64,000 nt of DNA from a virus: the IMG/VR virus record IMGVR_UViG_3300046780_000088, positions 1-64,000 of that record; one strand, written 5' to 3'. The translations under genes were made by a program, and so were the position numbers. Of the stretch, positions 40,072-50,586 are shown one piece after another (the stretch's first letter is position 1; each line of letters begins with the position of its first letter). Under the pieces are notes generated by a model. The model saw only the letters and a list, made by a program, of their open reading frames with translations. It was not told where the DNA came from and made no database searches.

Positions 40072-41256
40072 TCAGTTTCCCTTTATGCAAAGCACTTGCT
40101 TCAATGTGTGAACGACTTCGACAAGGTCTTCCTGATTCTTCATTACGACATCGATGTCTTTGTAAGCACCGGGTATCTCATCGATCACGCCTTTATCTTT
40201 GCGACATTCGACGCCTTGTGTTTGTGCGATAAGATCGTCAACCGTGAATTGCTTGTTCGCTTCTGTGCGCGACATCCGACGACCAGCACCATGCGAACAC
40301 GAATGGTACGAGTCTGCATTTCCCTTCCCACGCACAATGTATGATCGTTGCCCCATGCTGCCGGGTATGATGCCCATATCGCCCTCTCGCGCACGAATCG
40401 CCCCTTTTCTAGTTACCAAAACGTTCTGTCCAAAATGACTTTCACGCTCGATGTAATTGTGATGGCAGTTGACCGCTTCGGTTGTGAGTTCAAACGGTTT
40501 CACCGAGTGATGCAACGCGCGCAGCACCGTATCGAGCATCGCCTTGCGGTTTGTGAGTGCATAGTCCTGTGCCCACGTTACCGCCTCGACATAGTCGCGG
40601 AAGTCTTGCGTGTTCTCCGGGAAGTATGCAAGGTCTTTGTCGGGCAACGTTATGAAGTATTCTTCCATGCGCTCGCGCGCTTTTGTGATGAAGTGACGCC
40701 CGATCTGATTGCCGATGCCACGCGATCCTGAGTGCAACATCACCCAAACGTTTTGTGACTCGTCAAGACAGACTTCAATGAAGTGATTCCCGCCACCCAA
40801 CGTGCCGATTTGCTTACCAGCGTTCTTCAACGAAACCTTTGAATCGCGCAACGGCAAATCATCGAGTCTGTCGAACAGATTTCTATCCGGCCATTGATCT
40901 TCGCCGTGCGCCGCCCCCGGCCCGAGCGGAACACCGCGCTCGATGTCGTGTCGCAATTGTGTGAGTGAGTCGGGCAGATCAGATGCAGTCAATGATGTGC
41001 GTACAGCGTTCATACCGCAACCGATGTCAACGCCAACAGCAGCAGGAATCACCGCGCGTGCAGTCACTATCACGCTACCGACTGTTGCACCAATGCCGTA
41101 ATGAACGTCAGGCATCGCCACAACTCCATGCGGATGAATGAACGGCAGTTGCGAAGCGTTGATCAGTTGCTTCATTGCTTCAGGTTCGACATCGTCTGTC
41201 CAAATGCGAACAGGACGTGCGCCGGGTGATTGTGTGACGTGCGGAAAATCAGACAT
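40072..41256 (-). CDS. rtcB: RtcB RNA ligase (tRNA repair)
   Basis: MPDVHYG, VGVDIGCG, GTLGGGNHFIE, HSGSRG, CHHNY, PGSMG, SCSHGAGR, DEIPGAYK. Confidence 0.95.
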   Translation of the reverse strand: MSDFPHVTQSPGARPVRIWTDDVEPEAMKQLINASQLPFIHPHGVVAMPDVHYGIGATVGSVIVTARAVIPAAVGVDIGCGMNAVRTSLTASDLPDSLTQLRHDIERGVPLGPGAAHGEDQWPDRNLFDRLDDLPLRDSKVSLKNAGKQIGTLGGGNHFIEVCLDESQNVWVMLHSGSRGIGNQIGRHFITKARERMEEYFITLPDKDLAYFPENTQDFRDYVEAVTWAQDYALTNRKAMLDTVLRALHHSVKPFELTTEAVNCHHNYIERESHFGQNVLVTRKGAIRAREGDMGIIPGSMGQRSYIVRGKGNADSYHSCSHGAGRRMSRTEANKQFTVDDLIAQTQGVECRKDKGVIDEIPGAYKDIDVVMKNQEDLVEVVHTLKQVLCIKGN

Positions 41257-43158
41257 GCTATTCCTTTATGATTGCGTATACGACCATTGTGAGCAAGTAA
41301 CAATCAATGATTGCTGAAATTGCCGGATGTGCATGACGAATGTTTCCGCCCGATCCTACCGCCAAATCGACAAGGTCTGCCACTTGCCAGAAACCAAAGA
41401 TGACGAGCAACAGCTTCGAAAAGATCGGATACTTGCGCGCTCCGCTTTCGTATGCTTTGTGATATTCGTTGTCGTGAGTCATTTCAATTCCTTCTCAATG
41501 GTACGAGAGACATCGCTGCCATTTGCTTTAACCACTCCACAACTTCTTCGTCGCCAAGCAATACTTCGAGTGCGATTCGATCTGCCGGATGACTGTAAGC
41601 AGAAAAGAATTCCTGTGCGTGAACCACGATGCTGCCAAGCTTCATCAACACCGGAAGCGACGGCACCGTTGGATTCACCGGCTTCGCTGCCATAGTCATA
41701 GCACTGCCCCTTTGCTTATACACATCCAATCGCCATACTGCTGCATTCCTTTGACGCCACTAATTTTCCCACGCATAGCAACACCGCCTCGCTGTTCGCA
41801 TCCTTGAATGAATGCGTCAGACTTGACAGACCCATCGTAGACAACCCACAACAAAAAGAAAAACGCTGCGAACAAACCAACGATGAGTGTTTTCACCGCT
41901 CTTCTCCGCTCGACTTCCGATACTCGCTGTTCAACGTTTCGAACCCCAAGTCGCCATGCACCTTCAACACCGTGCTTGTGAGTACAGATTGTGTGTTTGA
42001 AACTTTACTCGACGTGTGATCGATTGGAACAACGATTGCTGATTGTCCAACGATAGGACCACGCAACGTTTCAACATAGTGAACTACTCGTTTACTATTC
42101 ATCATAGCTCCTGTTCAACATCTGCAATCCCATCCGAGTATCCTGATTGATACCCGGCGCGTGTGGCGTTTGCAATTGCTCTTACATGATCTTGGAAACT
42201 GACCCAAGGCCCGTTCGGTGCGGGTTCGAGTCCGCTGCCAACAGTCTCATCAACGATACGCCAGCGCTCGATACTCATCGCATCCTCGCGGTGCGCGTGA
42301 TCTTCGTGCGTACATCACGCATCGTTTGACGAATCCGGCTTGTGAGCGTGACGCGCTCTGCTGCCGTGTCGTCATTGGTTGCAAGACGAGCAAGCGCCGA
42401 CTTCCGACGCGCGTTAACCTTCTCCGGGAAATTCCATGTCTTCATTTCTGACCCCTCGCTTTCACTGCCTTGTCTGCAATCTTGTAAGCACGTTCGAGCA
42501 ACACGTCTTCGTTGAATTCCTTTTTGTCAGCACGACCTATCAATGCATGTGCGACGACCATCGCCCACTGATCGCGCAATGCTTCCGCTGACGGTGCTAT
42601 AAGTGTGAGCATTAAAGATGTTTCTCGATGTAGTTAGCGATCTGATCGAACGATTTTGCACCAGTACCATTCCAATCGCCATCATTCATTGCCGACAATT
42701 TTTGCTGTTGTTCTATTGTTAAGCCTATAAGCTTGAGTGATTGAACAGAAAGAAGTTCATCGCCTATGGGGTCTTTTTTCAGTTTTTTATCGCATACGGT
42801 TTTCAAAACACCTAAACAACAATAACCAATTTCACCATCTTCATTGACACCTTCAAGCACGCCTCGCGCCTGCCTAAACAATCCTGACCGCAATGCTTTA
42901 ACCCAATACTTCTTGATCGTCTTGTTCATTTTTTTGCTCCTGTTATCTCACTTCAATGCTGCCAATATGCTTCGGTTCATCTTCATCGAGAATCTTCAAG
43001 TCGAATGCGCAGATTGTGTAATCGGTATAATCAGATTCATCCATTGCTTTGTATGTTTTGTATACATCATAACCGTTACCGTTTCGGTTGTAAGCAACAT
43101 AGAATTTCACTTTCAAAGTACGAGGCTTAATTTTTGCTGCCATTTAAATTTCTCCTGA

Positions 43159-43578
43159 TTAAAATGGAACTACACCTTTGTCATCCGGCCACCGAATCGG
43201 TTTCGCTTCCCGGATGTTCTCGATGTTTGTGATGATTCGTACGTTGTCAATTGCGTACGGTCCAACATCACCATTACGCGCCATGCAATATTGATGTCCG
43301 AGTCTGCCCCGTTCTCGCCAGTACCCGGACGTAACCCACACTTGCCACCACTCCGCAAGCGTTAGCTTCCACTCGACTCCACGCTTTTGTGCATTCTCTC
43401 TTTGACGCCTGTAAGCGTGCAACGGATGTTTGCTGTTCTTCGCACGCCTGCCATACTGCGCATCCAACGATGGCAGATCGACGCCCAATAATTCGCTTTC
43501 TGGTATACACATACGAAAGTCAAGACGTAACTGTTTCGGTCTTCTTGTCATGTGAGCGCTTCGGGCCGTTGCGTTCAA
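43159..43578 (-). CDS. HNH-like endonuclease-related protein (start uncertain)
   Basis: W.LT..EWW..W..SG...RG...YCMARNGDVGPYAIDNVRI.T..EN pattern. Confidence 0.55.
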   Translation of the reverse strand: MNATARSAHMTRRPKQLRLDFRMCIPESELLGVDLPSLDAQYGRRAKNSKHPLHAYRRQRENAQKRGVEWKLTLAEWWQVWVTSGYWRERGRLGHQYCMARNGDVGPYAIDNVRIITNIENIREAKPIRWPDDKGVVPF

Positions 43579-44362
43579 CGATCTGCCGCAGTTTCTTGAA
43601 CACGACCTTCGCCGTTTCCAATTGACCGTTGCTCAGTTTGAATTTCTGCACATCAACAACAACAATCACGTCGTGTATCTGGCCGATCAAATCGACCAGC
43701 GTTTCGTATGGATCGCCAGCAGCGATCAGTTGATCCTTCGTCGGTTCGAGTTCGGCCTTCTTTGCTGCCTTGTCTGCCGCTGCATCGAGCTTCGCCTTCG
43801 CCGCTTCCATCTTCGACGCGCTAGGATCGTCGCCAGTCGTCAGAGACTTCAGGGCAGCATTCAGGGTAGTCTTGCCGTCCCTGACCGCTTCTACGACCGC
43901 TTTAGGTGCTTCTGCGACGAGTTTCTTGGCCCGCTTCACGGTGACAGGCGAAACACCCATCGCTTTCGCCGCTTCCGGTTGTGTGAGCGGTGCAGCAGGA
44001 TTAATTGATCCATCTGCCTTGGTCTTGCGCACGCCCTTCTTGCCTGTCGCCATCGCGTTCGCCAGCAATGCGCGCTGGCTGGTTGTGAGTGACCGTCTGT
44101 GCAGATTGAGCGACAGCACCAGCAACCGCGCAGCATGTTCGTCGCCCTCGAAGTTGTGAGTCTTGATAGCGATGCTTCGCTCGATACATGCATCGTACCG
44201 ATGACGACCATCGAGTATCTTGCCTTCGAACAATTCGATTGGCACGCGCAGGCCGTTCGTTTCGATGTCATCGGCAAACGAACTGTATTCGTCTTCGCCC
44301 ATGCGCGGCACCATGTCTGCCAGTGGATGATTCTCCAAATGTTTCACGCTTACGAGTTCCAT
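43520..44362 (-). CDS. ParB/Srx N-terminal domain protein with HTH
   Basis: DDIETNGLRVPI, ILDGRHRYDAC, SLNLHRRSLT.SQRA. Confidence 0.85.
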   Translation of the reverse strand: MELVSVKHLENHPLADMVPRMGEDEYSSFADDIETNGLRVPIELFEGKILDGRHRYDACIERSIAIKTHNFEGDEHAARLLVLSLNLHRRSLTTSQRALLANAMATGKKGVRKTKADGSINPAAPLTQPEAAKAMGVSPVTVKRAKKLVAEAPKAVVEAVRDGKTTLNAALKSLTTGDDPSASKMEAAKAKLDAAADKAAKKAELEPTKDQLIAAGDPYETLVDLIGQIHDVIVVVDVQKFKLSNGQLETAKVVFKKLRQIVERNGPKRSHDKKTETVTS

Positions 44363-45619
44363 TTGTTAGCCTTTATATGAAATACAAAATCGAAAACAGC
44401 AATGCGATACTCGACACCGCTGCTGCTTCAGCTTTCTCGCCATCCATGTATGCTTCTATCGCGCAACAGGCAACGACAAAAATAGACAAACAGAAAATGA
44501 AATCACGCATCATCGAATGCCGGTGCTATCCATTGATACCACAATTGTCCGCAAGCGTAAACACAGACATGCCTATCAGTATTGAAGTCCGTTAGTGGAC
44601 TGAACTTCGAACCGGGATCGATGCCCCGCGCGCACCATACAACGCCCGATTCGTAAGGCGGTCGCTGTCCGCTCGGTGCGCGGTTTGTGATCTTGTCGCT
44701 GAGTCGAACAGGTAACATCAAACGCTGCCCCGCGCCAGTGCGAACAGTTCGGTTGCCTCATCGCGCATCTGATCTGCTTTTGTGTGAGCTTCGAAAGCTT
44801 CTGTGTATGCTGCTTTCGCATTTCCTACCGTCACCGCGAGCATAGCCTTCGCCGATGCAGTGTCGTACACGAATCCGTATTGCTTGCGCAACAGGATCGA
44901 TTCCTCTGCCAGCTTGTGAGCCTTGGTGATCATTTGTTCCGGTGTCAATGCTGCTGGTTGCGCTTGCTGTTCCATTCGTCGCCCTTTCCAAATGTTGAAT
45001 ATGTCCTGATGCGTTTTTGCAATTCTTCCTTTGCTTGTTTCTCGCGCAACCAATCATCGTACTGTTCGTCATGCGCGCGTTCCAAATCATCCTCTCGATC
45101 ACTGGTGCACAACGGACAACGAGGCGTGTGTAGTACGCTCATCAAAAATTCCTTCCGTTTGGATCATACCATTCACGATGTTTCTTCATCACGTCGCGCA
45201 ACGATTCGTTGTACAGATTGCGCTCGCCACACAGCTTGCATTTGCGATCAACGAATTGATGCTCGACTCCGGGCATCCGATGCCCCGGTTTGTAAGAACA
45301 TAACCAACGAAAGCAGAGAATCATTTGTCACTCGCCGCTTGCGATGCGAGGGCGCGCGACGAGTCAATAGCTTCGTCCATGTGTTCGCCCCACAGTGACG
45401 CGGCATAGCCTGATACGTCAGCGTTTTGCGGGTCACGCAGCCACCGATACCGTTCCGCATCCCGCTCCAACTCCCCGCACCGCGCGGCCAGTGCGTCGTT
45501 GGCGGCGATGCGGCGATAGCAGTCTACGAGAATGGCGTCGATAGCATGACTGCCCGCGCCAATCCGCAGCGCCTCCCGTATCTCCGCCAGCAGTTCGTCA
45601 GGCCCGCTCACTTGGTGGT

Positions 45620-45844
45620 TCATGCGTTGCTCGTATCGCAGGCGTCAAACAACATACCGTCCTCGGCGGCAACAACCTTTCCCGGCGTCATGGTTCCCTG
45701 CCGTTGCTCGTCACTACTGCGGCGCGTGCGGTAGGTAACCGTGATAATTCGCTTCGGGTCGAAGCCAGCGTGGGCAAGGATTTGTTCGTAAGTTACCTCT
45801 TGTCTTGCAACATAAGTCTGCTTGCCGTTTATGTAGATATTCAT
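45620..45844 (-). CDS. Stand-alone multi-ubiquitin (Ubl beta-grasp) domain protein
   Basis: IYINGK...VTYEQILAHA...TVTY...GTM.PG..V...DGM.F...T.N pattern of the Multi_ubiq family. Confidence 0.65.
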   Translation of the reverse strand: MNIYINGKQTYVARQEVTYEQILAHAGFDPKRIITVTYRTRRSSDEQRQGTMTPGKVVAAEDGMLFDACDTSNA

Positions 45845-46453
45845 TTGACCTCAATCATGTAGCGGCGGGGGCACCACGGGCCGGGGCATTGATGCGTCCA
45901 GTCCGCGCACTCCCGCTCGCACCGCTTGTTATGTTCCGCGATCACGCCCTCTAGCGCCCGGTTGCGGGTGAGCAGGGATTCGAGTACAGGTAAGGCGTCG
46001 TCCGTCCACTCGATAAGCTCGAAGCGGTCACACACACCTTGGTATCGCTCGATCAAGTCGGCGGCGTCATCCTCCGGCGCGGCATCGATCCTCGCCAGCA
46101 GTTCAGGCCCGCTCACTTGGGCACCTCGATCATGTAGTTGAGCGGATCAGTACATCGCATACCGCCAAATGTGACCGACTCCCGCTCGCACCGCTTATTG
46201 TGTTCCGCGATCACGGTCTCTAGCGCCAATTTCACGCCTAGTAATTTGATGTTGGCGGCTTGCGCGCTATCCCTGTGCTGGCAGGCCAGCCGTTCGCGCA
46301 CCAGCAGCTCCATGTTCTTGCCCTCTAGCGCCGTGCAGCGGGTGGAGAGGGATTCGATCATGTCGGCTGCGGCGTTTCGAGATACGCCACCATGCGGCAC
46401 GCGAAGTTCTTTGACTGTTTCCGCTACATCCTCCGGCGCGGCAGGGGCGGTAG

Positions 46454-46723
46454 TCATGATGCGACATACCCGGTGATGCGATTGACTTCTTCAACCGCTT
46501 CTTTGAGGCTTGATCCCTTGATCGACTCACGATAAAACCGAACCGCAGCAACACGACCTTCGGTGCGCGACAGTTCCTTGATACGCGCCTCGAATGCCGG
46601 TCCACGCACGTTGATCACATCCAAGATCACTTGCGGATATTGATCGGCGAGCTTCACCAGCAATTCCAGCGCGTCAATCGATCCACTGCCAACTTCGATC
46701 ATGATCTGATTCAGCGATTTCAT
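46454..46723 (-). CDS. Ribosomal protein L7/L12 C-terminal-like domain protein
   Basis: VAAVRFYRESIKGSSLKEAVEEV resembles the KI.AIK.YRE.TG..LKEAK..V motif. Confidence 0.6.
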   Translation of the reverse strand: MKSLNQIMIEVGSGSIDALELLVKLADQYPQVILDVINVRGPAFEARIKELSRTEGRVAAVRFYRESIKGSSLKEAVEEVNRITGYVAS

Positions 46724-48386
46724 TTTTAACCTTTCTTCTTCAATGATTGGACAAGTTCAATCACATCATAGATTGAATTGTACGTTGCACCGCCACTCGA
46801 ATATGAATTCAACCTTTCTGTGAGTGCAAGTCTAACTTCTTCGAGTGCTGCATCGCGTATCCCATCCATGTACTCGAAGACATCGCGCGGGATTTCATAC
46901 GAACGCTGTCCGACCACGACGATCTTTGTGAGTTCGGTTTCATCTGTGATAACAGGATTGTGTGATGCCCAACTCACCTGATCAAGTGTATCTTTACTCA
47001 CGCCCACAGCACGCTCCGGTCGCGGCCAAATGCATCTTCCAACGCGCACAGCGCTTTGAATTTTGTGATCGCGCGCAAGACCATCGCCATTACATACGCG
47101 CTGCCTTTCAATGCATTGTTATATGCACTGATCAAATGCTGCAACACTTTCGAGCGGTTCATCATTCACCTTTCTTCAAGCGAGCTACGAAACAGTTCAA
47201 TGCGCTGATGACATGCGCCTCAAGATAGATTTCGTTTGTTACGTTGATGCCATCTTCGGTTGTGAGCAGAATGCTATCGCTGCCCTCTTCGTATGCAGCA
47301 TACACACCATCGCCAAGATATTCTTTCTTCATCGTGACTCGATCACCGCGCGAGCTAAGGCGTCCACCGCGCGTTCAACTGTGTCGTCGCCTTTCAAGCA
47401 AACGTCTTTGAAATGCGTATTGCGCAAATCGTATGCCGAATCAAACACCGAATCAACAAACAACTTCTCACGCTCTGTGAGCTTGTCGTAATTCTCGTGT
47501 ATCGCGTGTCTCATCATCAACCTTTCTGTGTTGTGCGCGGTGTGTTCCATATAGCCATGTGCGCCTCGTTCAACTTCTCGATCAGCGTCTTGTGCCACGG
47601 TGCTGTGATTTGTGGCAAGTTTAACGCCATTGCATCGGCAACATAGTACAGACCGAGCAGTGCATTGTACTCTGCCGGTTTGACCCGATCATTCGCGCGT
47701 GCAACAACATCGACCTTGAGCTTCGCGTGCGAACCATCGGTATTAACTAACTTGTCTCGCTTCATCTGTGACCTTTCTTATGAATGGCGGCGACCAGCGA
47801 CATGCGCTGCACGCGAACCATAGACGACCACAACGAAAGCCGTGCGGCGATCCATACCCGCGACATTTCCAATCATTCTGCTGTTTCTTTGCCATCGTCT
47901 TTCTTTCTCTTTGTGAGCGGGATGAAGTTCGGGCCGTCGCGTTCGTCATCGAACTTCGACTGCTGCCACTGGAACCAACCATCAATCCGCTCGATTCGAT
48001 TCACGTCTTCATAGTTGCGAATCTGCTGAAGTGCCGCGCGACGTTCCACGCCCCTTAGCGACGATCCATTGTAGATAGCGCTGACCAAGCGATGATAATC
48101 GCCCCGGACGCGCGCTGATTCAACAATCGCTTCAATCCTCATTGTCAATTTGCACCTTTCTGTTTGACGCGCGCCGTTCAATGCGCGAAAGCTACATCCT
48201 CTTCAAGTTCATGCAAGAACATCGGTTCCGATTCTTGGTGTCCCTCGAATCGGACAAAGATACTGTCACCCTGAACATCTGTGATCACCCCGGACTGCGG
48301 GTATGCAGGATGACTCCATACCACATGAAGTCCGACCCGCGCCGTTCTGAGCTTTGTCATCGCATCATGCCTCTCTTTTGTGAGCA

Positions 48387-48430
48387 GGGTTTCCCCAAGG
48401 GTAGACACCGAGCGGCGCGGAAAGTTCCGT
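48387..48430 (-). promoter_or_regulatory. ECF-type promoter copy 4 (leftward, head of the - strand arm)
   Basis: GGAACTT-N16-TCTAC-CCTTGGGGAAACCC. Confidence 0.72.
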
Positions 48431-48743
48431 GGCAACCGAAAATAAGGTTTCAGGGATTTTCGGTTGACTCGTTAGAACGGCCTTGGTTGATCGGCGAGTC
48501 GCGGACATGGGAAGATGAGCGCCGACCACCGGGCGATCAATGGCGAGGCTTGTGAGCGGTTTGTTGCGCGTTATATGGCGAGCGCTACCCAACGAGCGAT
48601 TGATTGCTCAAAATCGTATAGAACTAATAGTTATAATGACCGCCGAAAAACGAGCGATTGGAATATAGGGTTTTGGCCCGAATCGCGGCCAAAAACTAAG
48701 TCATTGAATTATATAAGTGTGATAATAGAATCAAAGACGTTTT

Positions 48744-48870
48744 GGTCCTGACGCTCGGACGGACACGGACAAGCCTATAGGCTTTTGTCCTGTCCTGTCC
48801 AGAGTGAGCGGTCACTATGGACTGGTGGACAGAACGGACAAAGTCCGATTTGTCCCGTTTTGTCCGGTTT
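48744..48870. repeat. GGAC/GTCC iteron-like repeats and palindromes in the strand-switch region
   Basis: GGACGGACACGGACAAGCCTATAGGCTTTTGTCCTGTCCTGTCC and GGACAGAACGGACAAAGTCCGATTTGTCCCGTTTTGTCC. Confidence 0.55.
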
Positions 48871-48905
48871 GGTTGCTTAGGCAATCATTGTCTCGGCAAG
48901 CAATC

Positions 48906-48948
48906 ACGGAACTTTTTGAGTTATTTGTTGTCTACCCTTGGGGAAACC
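48906..48948 (+). promoter_or_regulatory. ECF-type promoter copy 5 (rightward, head of the + strand arm)
   Basis: GGAACTT-N16-TCTAC-CCTTGGGGAAACC. Confidence 0.72.
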
Positions 48949-49795
48949 TTTGTGTGCTACAAAACGGATCATCATTGCTTAGGCAATAATTGCTCTGCCA
49001 AGCGTCGATCTGTACCGTACAAAAACGCGGTTTTTATTCCCCTTTAAAATCAACGACTTACACAGGAGCAGCAATGTTAACCATAAGAATCAATGGGTTA
49101 GATGGGAATCAGGAAATCTTCGAGGCGTCGGTCGTCGTGCGCCGTCCTGCATCCCTGCCCGGTAGCGCTGGTGCGCTTGAATTCACGTCTGGTGGCGTCG
49201 AATGCCATGCTGCTGCTCACTTCGGACACGTCTACGTTATGAACGACCACGGCAAAACGGTCGCGGCATACGATCTTGGGAAGTGGGATGAGGATAAGCC
49301 AGCGGCGCGTAAAGCATAGGCAAAGTGGTAGATTTTATTTGTCCTACATTCTTTACATATTAGGCATTATACGCAGTGCAGATTTATCCGCGTTGATTAT
49401 TAAGGACAATTCACCACTCCCATAATCTTGTCCAACCTGAATTAGAGGGTGTCTAGGACAAGATTCGACATTGTCCATGCCGAACAGCAGCATGGTCGAG
49501 CGGTGCGGTTTGCCAAGTGGGGAATCAGCGATTCCACTGCCTAGGCAACGATCTTCGGTCCACATGGATCAATTGATCCACGATGCAAGCGATCGATGGC
49601 ACGATCCTTGACGCCGACACGATCCATGCCAAAGGATCGTTGAACGGCGCACGGTGCGCGCAGATCGACGGACCACGACCGTTGGACTCCCCCCGGTTTC
49701 GCGTCGGGCCGTTCGACCACCCCCGGCTTCGGTTTTGTTCTGAACAGCGGCGCATGTCGTGCATCTGTGCCGGAAAATCAAAAAAAGGAAAAAAG

Positions 49796-49933
49796 ATGCA
49801 GATCGTCTTGATCGTGCTTTTGGTTTTGCTTCTTGCTGGCGCGTTCCCGATATATGGATGGGCAGGACCGTACGGATTGGTTGGTACGCTTCTTATCATC
49901 GTTCTGATTCTCGCGTTGCTCGGCGCTCTCTGA
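49796..49933 (+). CDS. DUF3309-like small membrane protein
   Basis: MQIVLIVLLVLLLAGAFP..GW.GPYGLVG.LLIIVLIL.LLG.L; RBS AAGGA. Confidence 0.65.
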   Translation: MQIVLIVLLVLLLAGAFPIYGWAGPYGLVGTLLIIVLILALLGAL

Positions 49934-50253
49934 ACATCGCATTATGTCCATCGCCTCTGTTGCACCGAAAGATGTGCATCAAGCGTTGGATTTCCCTTTC
50001 ACCGCGCGTCGAGCTTCGCTCGTTGAAAACAAAACATTGATCAAAGTGTCCGTTGCATCCGCCGTCAGGCGAGGAAGACCGTCAGCGGGCACGATGTTAA
50101 CTCAGCCGACCGAGGGGTCGCGGTGTTCACGCACCGAACTGTGATACCACAACTGTGGTGCTGATGTAATAAATCACAGGTGAACAGAAGTTAAAGCAGA
50201 GCAAGCGACATGGGATGAAATTTCCAGAAAATCCAAAAAAGGAGAATATCCAA

Positions 50254-50586
50254 ATGTTGAACATACTGTTTGCAGTATTGATGGCAATTCCGTTAACGTT
50301 CGTAAGTTGCCAAGCGAGGGCAGAGGATCACCGTGTTGGACCAGTGAACGGCCCGAACGTGACGATACAAACTGATCGTGAGCATGTATTCCCGCGCCAC
50401 ATCGAAGTACATCGTCATCACTTTCATAGCTATCGACATGGGCGCACTGAGTTTGGTGTTGTGATCGCAGCACCGTGGGTTCCGGGTCCGGGATATGCAG
50501 CGCGATCCGCATGGTGTCCTGATCCTGCCGGATATTATCCAGACGTGCAAGTTTGTTTTCAACCGTGGGTTCGAGTGATCAACTAA
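50254..50586 (+). CDS. Secreted Pro/His-rich protein
   Basis: Signal peptide; C-terminal WCPDPAGYYPDVQVC..PW motif. Confidence 0.55.
   Translation: MLNILFAVLMAIPLTFVSCQARAEDHRVGPVNGPNVTIQTDREHVFPRHIEVHRHHFHSYRHGRTEFGVVIAAPWVPGPGYAARSAWCPDPAGYYPDVQVCFQPWVRVIN

Noticed and set aside
42220-42243. GGGTTCGAGTCC T-arm-like sequence suggesting a tRNA
   Set aside because: No acceptor, D or anticodon arms; it lies antisense within a small - strand ORF (MSIERWR...).
5684-48300. Numerous + strand ORFs in the ORF track across the - strand arm, and - strand ORFs in the + arms
   Set aside because: Antisense shadows of real genes or RNA genes, with no motifs or RBS.
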